A program made the position numbers and the translations under genes. A stretch of DNA of 62,995 bases, the filler included, from Octopus bimaculoides (Eukaryota), in the NCBI RefSeq assembly GCF_001194135.2. It is 3 parts of 3 records of this genome, joined end to end, with 100 filler letters (N's around TTAATTAATTAA, not from the genome) between each part and the next. Parts side by side here need not be neighbours in the genome. Positions count along the whole stretch, not along the records: positions 23,551 to 41,485 come from NW_026315910.1; 2 more parts are not named here. One strand, written 5' to 3'. The notes under the pieces were generated by a model. It was not told the origin of the DNA. It made no database searches and saw only the letters and a program-made list of their open reading frames with translations. Below are positions 27,880 through 40,056 of this stretch, piece after piece. Every line of letters begins with the position of its first letter. Positions within the stretch are counted from its first letter, which is position 1.

Positions 27880-28626
27880 CTTAATTTGGGGCACCAGAAT
27901 TTGGTACCGTACTATCCATACAATTTCAAAATAGGGTGATTAAAATCAAAATAAGCAACAATGGTAATGCAGAGGTAATGCAGTACGATCGTTTCACGCA
28001 ACTCCATTTAATTGAACAATGCAATGATTACATCAATTTAAATGCAGAGCAATCCTCAGCTGCACAAAGACATAGAATTTAATTAAATTAAAACAGATGG
28101 ACACATTAGTATAATTATACCTAAAATCTCCAAGAAGTTAAGGAGATAGACAAAGAATATGCTGCCTTCACTTCAGCTTAGAAGCTACTAAGGTATCAGG
28201 AAGAAAGACTTGTTACAGATTTTGCTTGTCACTATTTTATGGGGTCAGTTTTAATCTATAGACTAGTTTTATCAAATCCTTGTATATCTAAGGCTGAGAG
28301 AACAAGGGGCAGTGTCTGTTAGGGGTAGGGCTGAGGAAGTCGACAGAAATCATAGTGGGTATAGTCATAAAAAAATCAAGATTTATTAGAAGCAATATCA
28401 TGAGATTTGGTAAAGGAAAACTTAAATCAAGATATTAGTTGACAATTAAGGGGGCCGGCCACTAGCAGACCATTGATAATGAAACGGGAAATCTTATCAT
28501 GTAGTACTATAGTTAAATAATTTAAACAATATTGCTATATTGTATAAGTTTAGGGTTATATTCTTCTTAATAATCCTCTGAATATATACATATATATACA
28601 CAGTTACATACAGATATACACATACA

Positions 28627-29073
28627 CTGGCTCCCGTACCAATTCGAATGTGATCAATGCCAGGCCCGCCTGACTGGTTCCTGTGCCAGTGGCACGTAAA
28701 AAGCACCCACTACACTCTTGGAGTGGTTGGTGTTAGGAAGGGCACAGGAAGATCAGGAACATAGCAAGATCAGATTGGAGTCTGGTGCAGCCTTCTGGCT
28801 TGCCAGCCCTCAGTCAAACCGTCCAACCCATGCCAGCATGGAAAGCGGACGTTAAACAATGATGATGATATGAGCAAGATGTTTGGCATTATGTCGTTCT
28901 TGAGAAGAAGACCCATCAAGCCAAGTAAAATTGCAGTCGATGCAGATACCGGTGTAACGCAAATGGCACCCGGGCCAGTGTCATGTGAGTGTACTCATTA
29001 CACTCTCAGAGTGGTTGGCATTTGGAAGGGCATCCAGCTCGCCAGAATGGACAATGGACATTAAGTGATGACG
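28627..29073 (+). mobile_element. Two retroelement 3' ends (family D, probably RTE-related) with (GAT)n tails
   Basis: GTGCCAGTGGCACGTAAAAAGCACCC..GAGTGGTTGG..AGGAAGGGC..GGACGTTAAAC(GAT)n; a second decayed copy at about 28915-29073 and a homologue at 33601. Confidence 0.65.
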
Positions 29074-29332
29074 ATATCTGTATCTATATTATTTATGGCT
29101 GCCCCACAGTGTCGAAAGAGACGTGGTTGAAAGCATCAGAATATTTTGGTAAAGTGTGTGTCGATGTGTGTGCGCGTGTGTGAGGCAATGTGTCAATATC
29201 ATGTGATCCGGGTCTGTATATTTAGGACGCCTGTACTAAAGTTGACATGACCCAGTTATCTCCCCTCACTTACCTCTCCTTATCTATCCCGTTCTCTGTC
29301 CTTCTATCTATCTGTTTATTTCTCCAATTTGT

Positions 29333-29368
<36 letters not shown>

Positions 29369-29869
29369 ATCTATATCTATCTATCTATATANNNNNNNNN
29401 NNNNNNNNNNNNNNNNNNNNNNNNNNNNNNNNNNNNNNNNNNNNNNNNNNNNNNNNNNNNNNNNNNNNNNNNNNNNNNNNNNNNNNNNNNNNNNNNNNNN
29501 NNNNNNNNNNNNNNNNNNNNNNNNNNNNNNNNNNNNNNNNNNNNNNNNNNNNNNNNNNNNNNNNNNNNNNNNNNNNNNNNNNNNNNNNNNNNNNNNNNNN
29601 NNNNNNNNNNNNNNNNNNNNNNNNNNNNNNNNNNNNNNNNNNNNNNNNNNNNNNNNNNNNNNNNNNNNNNNNNNNNNNNNNNNNNNNNNNNNNNNNNNNN
29701 NNNNNNNNNNNNNNNNNNNNNNNNNNNNNNNNNNNNNNNNNNNNNNNNNNNNNNNNNNNNNNNNNNNNNNNNNNNNNNNNNNNNNNNNNNNNNNNNNNNN
29801 NNNNNNNNNNNNNNNNNNNNNNNNNNNNNNNNNNNNNNNNNNNNNNNNNNNNNNNNNNNNNNNNNNNNN

Positions 29870-29906
<37 letters not shown>

Positions 29907-30299
29907 GTATCCACACAAGCACTCGTCAATTTCTATTGTAAACAATGGGGTTCAGAAAAACAAATCATATCGAAAAATATACATTGAATCATATGTATAT
30001 ACACACACAACTATATATACATATTCATAGATGTATGTACGCACACGTACACACACACTGATATACATTGTATACTTATATAATACACTCAAGAGTGTTC
30101 ATCTTTGGTTAACAAGATAAGCTATCTTTCACTTACACACCCTCCCTTATGACAGCTGCCAAGGTACACATATCCAGGCGAACTAAGGACATATGTATTT
30201 ATGTTGATACAAACACCATTAACCCTCCGAATATTATACCTCAGAACCACGTGCACCACTTGTACATGTGGTGGTACTGTTACTGCTTGTGTCGGTGAT

Positions 30300-30790
30300 A
30301 CTCTTTGCATCATTCATTCTGGTGTGTCCCAGGGTTCAGTTCTGGCACCTATTCTCTTCCTTCTATGTATCAGTTCCTTGATTGCAATCATGCGGAACAG
30401 CATCCATTGTCCTACAGCTGATATAACTTTTCATTCTTCCCTAACATTCTCCATCCAACCATCGTCATCCACTTGTAACCTAAGTAGCTCAAACTAAACC
30501 TGCACTGATTCTACGAACAGAGACTTCATCTATGTGTCACCACGGCCAAAAACACATTTTGATAAGCAGGTTGTATGGCTCTTCATTTCCCCTTAACATT
30601 CTCCAGCTGTGTGTAAATCCACGCACGACCTAGACAGCAGAAACTAAACCTGCACTGATTCTATGAATAGAGACTTCATCTGCTTGTCACCACATCCAAC
30701 AACAAATTCTGTTATGAAGATGATATCACATTTCATCCCTCATTATTGTTCTCTAGTCTTGCATAATCTATCCACATGATAGCAGGGTGC
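30300..30790 (+). mobile_element. LINE reverse-transcriptase core fragment (CR1/L2/Jockey-like), decayed, with internal 150-bp repeats
   Basis: IHSGVSQGSVLAPILFLLCISSL matches RT GVPQGSVLGPxLF; YADD-like segments TADITFHSSL (about 30414) and YEDDITFHPSL (about 30713). Confidence 0.7.
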
Positions 30791-31722
30791 AGAGACAGTT
30801 GCTTAAGATAAATCAACCCAGCAGACTAAGCCACATATCCAGGATTATTCTGTCTGTTCCATCGATATANNNNNNNNNNNNNNNNNNNNNNNNNNNNNNN
30901 NNNNNNNNNNNNNNNNNNNNNNNNNNNNNNNNNNNNNNNNNNNNNNNNNNNNNNNNNNNNNNNNNNNNNNNNNNNNNNNNNNNNNNNNNNNNNNNNNNNN
31001 NNNNNNNNNNNNNNNNNNNNNNNNNNNNNNNNNNNNNNNNNNNNNNNNNNNNNNNNNNNNNNNNNNNNNNNNNNNNNNNNNNNNNNNNNNNNNNNNNNNN
31101 NNNNNNNNNNNNNNNNNNNNNNNNNNNNNNNNNNNNNNNNNNNNNNNNNNNNNNNNNNNNNNNNNNNNNNNNNNNNNNNNNNNNNNNNNNNNNNNNNNNN
31201 NNNNNNNNNNNNNNNNNNNNNNNNNNNNNNNNNNNNNNNNNNNNNNNNNNNNNNNNNNNNNNNNNNNNNNNNNNNNNNNNNNNNNNNNNNNNNNNNNNNN
31301 NNNNNNNNNNNNNNNNNNNNNNNNNNNNNNNNNNNNNNNNNNNNNNNNNNNNNNNNNNNNNNNNNNNNNNNNNNNNNNNNNNNNNNNNNNNNNNNNNNNN
31401 NNNNNNNNNNNNNNNNNNNNNNNNNNNNNNNNNNNNNNNNNNNNNNNNNNNNNNNNNNNNNNNNNNNNNNNNNNNNNNNNNNNNNNNNNNNNNNNNNNNN
31501 NNNNNNNNNNNNNNNNNNNNNNNNNNNNNNNNNNNNNNNNNNNNNNNNNNNNNNNNNNNNNNNNNNNNNNNNNNNNNNNNNNNNNNNNNNNNNNNNNNNN
31601 NNNNNNNNNNNNNNNNNNNNNNNNNNNNNNNNNNNNNNNNNNNNNNNNNNNNNNNNNNNNNNNNNNNNNNNNNNNNNTATATATATATATATATATATTT
31701 GTATGTATGTATATTTATATAT

Positions 31723-31877
31723 GAAGGGCTTCTTTCAGTTCGTGTCTACCAGATTCACTTGCAAGGCTTTGGTCAGCTTGAGGCTATAGTAGAAGACATT
31801 TGCCCAAGGTGCTACGCACTGGGAATGAATCTGGACCATGTGGTTGGTAAGGTAGCTTCTTACCACACATCCACGCC
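31723..31877 (-). mobile_element. Family-B SINE head
   Basis: Reverse-complement homologue of 61588-61750. Confidence 0.8.
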
Positions 31878-33246
31878 GATATATATGTGTGTGTGTGTGT
31901 TTGTATGTATATATATGTATGTATATATATATATGTATATACGACAGGCTTCTTTCACACCACACACACAGATACTCTCACAGCAGAGATCTCGCATATC
32001 TACACACACACACACACACACGCATACATGCACACATTTACACACACACACATTCAGAATTACACACTTACACACACATCCACTTAGCAGCATACTCTCA
32101 CACATACATCTTATCTATTAGCACATTCTCACACACACATACCTAGACATCCCCCCACCCACTTTAATTACATAATTACCCCCACTATTACGNNNNNNNN
32201 NNNNNNNNNNNNNNNNNNNNNNNNNNNNNNNNNNNNNNNNNNNNNNNNNNNNNNNNNNNNNNNNNNNNNNNNNNNNNNNNNNNNNNNNNNNNNNNNNNNN
32301 NNNNNNNNNNNNNNNNNNNNNNNNNNNNNNNNNNNNNNNNNNNNNNNNNNNNNNNNNNNNNNNNNNNNNNNNNNNNNNNNNNNNNNNNNNNNNNNNNNNN
32401 NNNNNNNNNNNNNNNNNNNNNNNNNNNNNNNNNNNNNNNNNNNNNNNNNNNNNNNNNNNNNNNNNNNNNNNNNNNNNNNNNNNNNNNNNNNNNNNNNNNN
32501 NNNNNNNNNNNNNNNNNNNNNNNNNNNNNNNNNNNNNNNNNNNNNNNNNNNNNNNNNNNNNNNNNNNNNNNNNNNNNNNNNNNNNNNNNNNNNGGGTGGG
32601 GGTGGGGGGTTGAAGAGATCGTAACTAGTTGCGGGCAGTAATTGCTTGATGACGGCGGCAGTAGTGATGGTGGTGGTGGCTGTGGTGGTTGTGGTAGCAG
32701 CGGTGGTAATGGTGACCATGGTGGTGGTGGTGGTGGTGGTAGTAGGTGGCGGTGGTAGTGGTGGTGGTGGTGGCAGTGGCAGTGGTAGTGGTGATCATGG
32801 TGGTGGCAGTGGTAGCATAGTGTCACTGTTCCGACCTGCTGCTATTGTAGTAGTAGTGTTGAGGTTGTAGTTATAAGTGTGTTGCGTTATGGTGTTGGTA
32901 GTAGTTTTGTGGTAGTAAAGGTTATACTAGCGTTGTGTGGTGGTATTGTAGCAGTGTTGTGGTGTTAGTGGTAGTGTTCATGTGTTGCAGTGTTGTTGCA
33001 GTGGTGGTGCCGTCCCAGACTAACCTCTTTGCACAATCAGAATTATTATAAAAGTCAATCCTCTAAAGACCATGACATTCCGTCGTTTCTACGAGCACTG
33101 TTTACCTTGGAGTCCAGGGAAATACTGAAAGGTCAAGATTGAACAGATTAAACATCCAGCTTTTCTATATATACATATGTGTGTGAGTGTGTATATGTAT
33201 ATATACATATGTGTATATATTATATGTATATATATAAATAATAAGT

Positions 33247-33583
33247 GGAGGCACAATGGCCCAGTGGTTAGGGCAGCGGACTCGCGGTTTCGGTTCCCAG
33301 ACCAGGCGTTGTGAGTGTTTATTGAGCGAAAACACCTAAAAGCCCCACGAGGCTCCGGCAGGGGACGGTGGCGAACCCTGCTCTACTCTTTCACCACAAC
33401 TTTCTCTCACTCTTACTTCCTGTTTCTGTTGTGCCTGTAATTCAAAGGGGTCAGCCTTGTCACACTCTGTGTCACGCTGAATATCCCCGAGAACTACGTT
33501 AAGGGTACACGCGACGGTGGAGTACTCAGCCACTTGCACGTTAATTTCACGAGCAGGCTGTTCCGTTGATCGGATCAACTGGA
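33247..33583 (+). mobile_element. tRNA-derived SINE, family C (GGAGGCACAATGGCCCAGTGGTTAGGGCAGCGG)
   Basis: A-box TGGCCCAGTGG, B-box-like GGTTTCGGTTCCC, long unique body. Confidence 0.7.
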
Positions 33584-33600
33584 AATATATAAAGTCCTAT

Positions 33601-33861
33601 CTGAACGTGATGGATGTGAGGACTGTCTGACTGGCCCCTGTGCCGATGACACGTAAAAAGCACCATCCAAATGTGGCCGATGCCAGTACCTCCTGAAGGG
33701 CCCCTGTGCCGGTGGCACGTAAAAAGCATTAGCCGAACGTGATCATTGCTAGGCCCACTTGCCAAGCTCCTGTACCGGTGGCACATAAAAAGCACCCACT
33801 ACACTTTCTAAGTGGTTGGCGTTAGGAAGGGCATCCAGCTGTAGAAACTGCCAGATCAGAC
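33601..33861 (+). mobile_element. Family-D element with three internal ~60-bp repeats (core CCCCTGTGCCGGTGGCACGTAAAAAGCA)
   Basis: Three copies of the core, then GTGGTTGGCGTTAGGAAGGGCATCCAGCTGTAGAAAC; homologous to 28627-28869. Confidence 0.7.
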
Positions 33862-34071
33862 AAGGGACCGAAGGTGCTTGTTTTCATGATCAAACCTTTT
33901 TATTTTCTACAGAAAAATCGCTTTGCGGCCCATAATATTCCAACCCTTTCGTTTCCAAATGTCTGAAGATAACCCATGGGAAGTAACTCTGAACGAAGAT
34001 TTGCCTCCCATGGCCTACGAAGTGTAAAATGTTGTTTTTTTATGAAGAGACGTTGTGGAGGATATTCATCG

Positions 34072-34197
34072 CTGTTGATGTTGTTTATCCACAGGTCAAG
34101 CCTGATCCAGACAGACCTATGATCAAAGACGGTCCAGTTGTGATCGTCCCGTCTTTTATTCAGGCATAGTGTATCTGGGACTTCATTATCTAACGCA
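34072..34197 (-). mobile_element. 3' tail of the repeat family that also contains the GCTAGAAATAGCAGC core
   Basis: Minus strand ends GATCAGGCTTGACCTGTGGATAAACAAC, like the tails closing the arrays at 36417-36432 and 37375-37393; similar decayed tails at about 2780 and 59320-59415. Confidence 0.55.
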
Positions 34198-34249
34198 CAC
34201 TCATTTAAATAAAGGGGTTAAGAACCCCTGGTATAGCAGTATATATATA

Positions 34250-34455
34250 TGTGCGTGTATGTTTGTGTGTCTGTGTTTGTCACCCCAACATCGCTTGACA
34301 ACCGATGCTGGTGTGTTTACGTCCCCGTAATCTAGCGGTTCGGCAAAATAGACCGATAGAATAAGTACTAGGCTTACAAAGAATAAGTCCTGGTGTCGAT
34401 TTGCTCGACTAAAGGCGGTGCTCCAGGATGGCCGCAGTCAAATGAGTGAAACAAA
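34250..34455 (+). mobile_element. Family-B SINE 3' half
   Basis: Near-perfect reverse complement of part of 53586-53854. Confidence 0.85.
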
Positions 34456-34599
34456 ACTCTAAACAGAACCGGGTAACCGGTTTTGACCGGAAGTAATGAA
34501 ATCCCGACGCTTCCTACCACCACCATCACTTTCACTACTACCACTACTCCGCTTAGCCCTACCAGGGGGATGAGTAGTAGTAATAGTAGTTGTAGTAAT

Positions 34600-35400
34600 A
34601 GCGGGGAGGAGAGAAATCTTTCTGCTCCCTCCTTTTCTGTCTAATCCTCTCCCTCTCTCTTTGTATTTATTCTTTTCCTCAATCTGTCGTCTCACCCTCT
34701 CTCACTTGCTATTACCTTTCTCATTTTTCTCTCTTACTCTTTCTATATCCTTACCTTTCACGTCTACTCTTCGAACTCCTTTACTCCTCCCTCACCTTCT
34801 GTATTTCCTTACCTTTCATTGCCTCTCTCCTTATTTCTTCTTTGTATCTCCGTAATTTTCACTGACACCCTCTCTTTGTTTTCTATAGCTCTCTAATTTA
34901 CTCTGCACCCTCTGTCTTATTCCTATATCTTTCTAAGTGCTACTCACACTCTCTTATTCTTCTCTATATCTCTCTAATTTTCGCAGACTCTCCCTTTCTC
35001 TCTATTTCTCTAACATTCACCAACTCTCTTTCCTTTCCCCCTCAATATTTTTCTTCATCTCCCTTTATACTCTCACTCTCCTCTTACTACCACTCTAACA
35101 CGTTACCTCTGTATTTATACTCTCTCTTCTTTTACCCTCTATTTCTTCACTAGCCTCTCTTTTCACTCACGTTAATTCTCTCCCCCTCTCTCCTTTCCTC
35201 AGGTTACTCTTACTCCTTCCCACTCTTATTCTATATTTATATATCTTCTTTTCTCACTCCTATCTTTCCTCTCTCTTATTTCTTATTCTTTCTCTCTCAA
35301 ACGTATTTCCTCTCTGTTCATACTCTTTCCCTCTGCCTATCCCCTTTCTTCTACGTTCTAGGTTTATTCCTTCTTCCTTCCTTCTCTTACTCCTTCTATC
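34600..35400 (+). repeat. About 800-bp pyrimidine-rich (CT) low-complexity tract
   Basis: Very few G on the plus strand; recurring TCTCTAATTTTCAC-like units at about 34850-35030. Confidence 0.85.
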
Positions 35401-35453
35401 TATCTATCTATCTATCAATCATCATCGTCCCCACTCACGTGGTTTCCCTGCTT

Positions 35454-36432
35454 GCTAGAAACAACAGCTAAATCTCCCTCAAATTCCATTGTACTGCCCG
35501 AAAAGTGAAGCCGGTCGCGCTGCTGAAAGTAGCAGCTAAATCTTCCTCGAATCACGCTTACTGCCCCCCCCCTCCACCGAAAGAGGGGGCTGCAAAGCGA
35601 ATACGATTACAGCTTTTGCTTGATTATGGTCTACCGAGGGTTAAATAAGCAAATCTCACTACTACTTCTACTACTACTACTACTACCACTACTGCTACTG
35701 CTGCTGCATATCACTGCCTTCATGTGCTAGAAATAGCAGCTAAATCAACCTTACAGAAAGCCAGGAAAGCGACAAGCTAGAAATAATCACATCTTAACGG
35801 AAGGAGAGCATATCAGCTAGAAATAACAGCCAAATTTCCCTTAAAGCATGCATTGCAGTCTTAACAAAGGAAGACCAGGCGATCGACTTGCTAGAAATTG
35901 CAGCTAAATACCCCTGTAATCACACTGTAATATCTTTTAAAAAATGAGAGCTAAACTGCTAGATATAGTAGTCAAATCTCCATCACATCACACCTCACAG
36001 GAGGCCCAGGGATAGATCAGCTAGAAATAACAGCTAAATACCCTTGTAATCAGACTTTAGTGTTTTTTTTTAAAATGGAAGGACAGCTGATCTGGTTAGA
36101 AATAGTAGGCAAATCTCCCTCAAATCACACCTGGCAGAAGACCAAGCAATGGATCAGCTAGAAATAACAGCTAAACCTCTTTGTAATCATACCTCGATGA
36201 AATATTGCAGGGCAGCCGATCTGGGTTGAATTAAGCAGCCAAATATCCTTCAAAGAACATCTTAAGTCTCTTAAAATAAAAACGACCAGGTGAATGGCCA
36301 GCTAAGAATAGAAGCTAAATCGATCTGTAATCATATTGTGGGGTGTTAAAAAGAGGAAGGTCAGACAGACAGACAGCTTTGAGCTGTCGTATCTTAGATG
36401 AGCGCGATCGGGATTTAGCCTGGGGTTAAACA
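35454..36432 (+). repeat. GCTAGAAATA(G/A)CAGC(C/T)AAAT tandem array, about 12 units of about 60-77 bp, with A/B dimer structure
   Basis: Cores at 35454, 35522, 35726, 35776, 35816, 35890, 35958, 36020, 36095, 36157, about 36224, 36301; closes with CCTGGGGTTAAACAAC. Confidence 0.9.
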
Positions 36433-36486
36433 ACTGTGTAAACCTTGAGGATATACAGGACTCAAAGAGAGACAGATCTTCGCCGT

Positions 36487-36523
<37 letters not shown>

Positions 36524-37199
36524 GCGGTTACCTGGTACCTTAACTCTCACCGCCACCACGACCACCTGTAACAAGCTCCTTCCTCTACATCCGCATCAGT
36601 GTCGCCGGCGTCACCTCCACCACCACTACCATGACAACGAATAATAATAATAATAATAACACCACCGCCTCTACTACAGCAAATGTGACCGCGCCACCAC
36701 TACAAACACCATCACCACCACCACCACTACCATCACTATAAACACTACTACCACCACCTCCATCATTACAATAATGACCACCATCGCCACCCCTATTACA
36801 ATGGACAACACCACCATCACCCTGTACGTAGTCGCCCGATCACTAAGAAATAGCAGCCAAATCTCCCTCAAACGTCACAAATACATATACATCTGAAGAA
36901 TGACACGTGAAACTGTGGTTCCTGGTGATGAGATAAATAGATGGGACAGTCACGGGTGGATTCTCTTTGTTCATTGATGGACGGGGCGCTAGAAACCGGC
37001 GCCCGAACTGCAACTACGATTACTACGGCTACTCTTACTACCACTCTACTACTACTACTACTACTACTACCGCCTTGTGACTTAACTCCCACCGCCACCA
37101 CAACCACCTGTTACTCCGTTTATGTTACTAGCCCAGCCGCCGCCGCCGGCACCACCATCAGCGCCGATGAGAGAGAGCCTCTGTGTGGTCGCTCGGGTG

Positions 37200-38040
37200 G
37201 CTAGAAATAGCAGCTAAATCGCCCCTAAAGCACAAAGTATGGTCTTTAAATAAAGGACACACTTGAATGAGAAAAAGCTGTCGTGTGTTCGATCCTTGAA
37301 CAGAACCTTGCGCCCCAAACTAAAACAGGATGGTCATGGCTAGAATACAAGATCATCGATCGGCTTGAACAGAGTTGACCTGGGGCTAAACAACATAAGT
37401 GGATCCTCTCGAAGGATGCACAGAATGCTAGAAACAACAGCCAAATCCCTCAAAAATTAAATTGTATCGTCTTAAAAGACGAAGGTGGTGATTGCACAAT
37501 GCTAGAAATAACAGCCAAATCTCCCCCATATTACAGTCTACTGTTTCAAAAAAGTGGTGACTCTACTATGCTAGAAATAACAGCTATATTTCCCTCAAAT
37601 TATACTCTACTGTCTTAAAAAAGGAAGGTACTGATCGTATCACGCTAGAAATAACAGCCAAATCTCACTCAATTTACACTGTTGTCATTACAAAATAAGG
37701 TGGTGACCCTACTATGCTAGAAATAACAGCCAAATCTCATTCAAATTACGCTGTGCTTTCTTAAAAACGGTGGTGACTCTGCCATGCTAGAAACAACAGC
37801 CAAATCGTCCTCAAATTACATTGTACTCTCTAACGTAGTGATTCTGAACATGGTTGTTAGATATGGTAGAAAAAATAGCCAAATGTCCCTCAAAATCACA
37901 CACAATGCAGGTAAAGCCAGTGTTGAGATGATGTAGTCCAAGGCAGGTACATAGTTGCTCCTAAATTTAGACGTGAGGTCATGGTCGGAGAGGCTTAATT
38001 ATCCAAGGAGTGTTATCTAGGACTGACCCAGGGCACTGAA
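37200..38040 (+). repeat. Second GCTAGAAATAACAGCCAAATCTC tandem array (seven ~70-bp units) plus element tail
   Basis: Cores at 37427, 37501, 37570, 37644, 37716, 37786, 37865; further cores at 36843, 37200, 37339. Confidence 0.9.
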
Positions 38041-38339
38041 CTAAGCGTCAATGACGAATAACTTTCACTATCACTACGACTACTACGATTCACATGACTA
38101 CTCTCACTGCTACCACCGTCACGACTGCTACTACTGCGACTACTTTCTCTCAATGTCTGTATCTCTTTCGCTTCCCCCCTCTCTGTGTTCGTAGTCCTTT
38201 GCCACTGCCACTACCACTCGTATTGCAACACTCCTACCACGATGACGAATACTACTTCTCCCATTCCTCCTGTCTGTACAGTACATATGCCAACGCTCTC
38301 AATCACCGCCACCGCCATCATTAATATAATTACTCTTAC

Positions 38340-39035
38340 TACAACTATCGCCTCTCCCTCACTTCCTCTCTTTATCTATCGCTCTGACACTCCTTGTCTC
38401 TCTCTCTCTCTCTGTGTATCTGTTTCACTCTCTCTCTATCATCTACTCTCACACATACCCTCCCTGTCTTTCTATTACTTTTTCTCTGACAACTTCCCTC
38501 TCCCTCAATCTCTATCACTCTCACATTCCCTTTCCCTGTTTCTCTTACTCCCTCACACACCTTTCCTCTCTCTATCTTTCTAATGCTTTCCCTCTCTTTC
38601 AACCCATAGCTCTCTGATACCCCCCTCTCTCTATATATACGTTTCTCTCTCTAGTTCGTTCTTCCTTACATACCCTCCCTCTCACTCTATCTCTATCTTT
38701 CTAACAAACATCCTCTCTCAATTCCTTTTACTCTCCCTCCATCTCGTTCGCTCTTACACCCTCCCTCTCGCTACATTTACTCTATCTCTCTCCCGTTCTC
38801 TATATTTTTACTCTCTCTCTTTCCTTCTTTCTATCTATCTCGTTCACTGTCTCTCTCTCTCTCTCTCTCTTTCTGCCAAACTACTACAGTCACCACTCCT
38901 TGTACGGACTCTCCTCCCACCGCTACAACCACCACCACCAGCAACAAACAATAATAATAATAATAATAATAAAACAACCACCGATTCTACTTCCTCTCAC
39001 CGCCTCCCTTTCTTGCCCCTCCCTCTCCTATCTCA
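38340..39035 (+). repeat. About 700-bp pyrimidine-rich (CT) low-complexity tract
   Basis: Same polarity as 34600-35400; repeated ACATACCCTCCCTCTC-like units. Confidence 0.85.
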
Positions 39036-40016
39036 ATTAACGTTAATTGCTAATGAACAGGAGGTACTCAAACAACAACAACAATGAGATAGCAATATAG
39101 TTCCCTTGTTTTACTAGAATATTGTGTAGCCTAACATATACACATACATACATACTATATTTACATACGTTTACATACACACACACACACACGTACGTAT
39201 GTAATATACATATATATACGCGCACATGTTCATGTAAATTTATATATACATGCAGGAATATACATAGATTTCTATGTATATATTAAATAGATATATGTAT
39301 ATATATGCACTCCCTTGAATATATAAACGTATACATGTAACATGTATATATAAATCTATAATGGTATGTGTATATACACATACATACACACCCATGAATA
39401 TATAAATGTATACATGTAAAATTTATGTGTAAATCTATAATATATATATGATCTATAATCATATATATGTATACACGGATCTTTAAATTTATAATTATAT
39501 ATATATAATCTATATATACACAGGTATAGATATATAAATATATATATATATTCGTATACGTAAATCTATAATTACATATATATAATTTATATATATATAA
39601 ATATACATATGTATACATATATATATAATTTTCCCATAAAAATGTAAATTTCTATATATACACACATGTATATATAAATATATATATTCACGCGCATATA
39701 TTAATCGATGGATGTGTATATACGTATCTATATATGTATGTAGATAGCATATATATAGCTAGGCTAAGCCAGGATTTGATCTACGGTCCATGTCATCGGA
39801 ATCGGTGGTTGACGTGGTGTTTAGTACACACAATGAGTCCAACGATCTATTATGACAAGCAGTGATGTTACAGGACGCGAACTCACGGCCCCTCAGTGTT
39901 TGTATAAATACTTTTTTCCACAATTTCATTGCTGTTTTTGTAATATGAATGTATATATGTACACCATCTATGTATGTATGTATGTATGTATGTGGTTTAT
40001 ATATATGTAAATATTG

Positions 40017-40056
<40 letters not shown>

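Noticed and set aside
33247-33310. tRNA genes at SINE heads (also 61588, 23263, 57790)
   Set aside because: A/B-box-like motifs are present, but there is no complete cloverleaf and each continues into a multi-copy SINE body.
35454-37900. CRISPR array
   Set aside because: Eukaryotic context, no cas genes, linkers are homologous to each other and variable in length, repeats are degenerate, and the core is continuous with a dispersed SINE-like tail.
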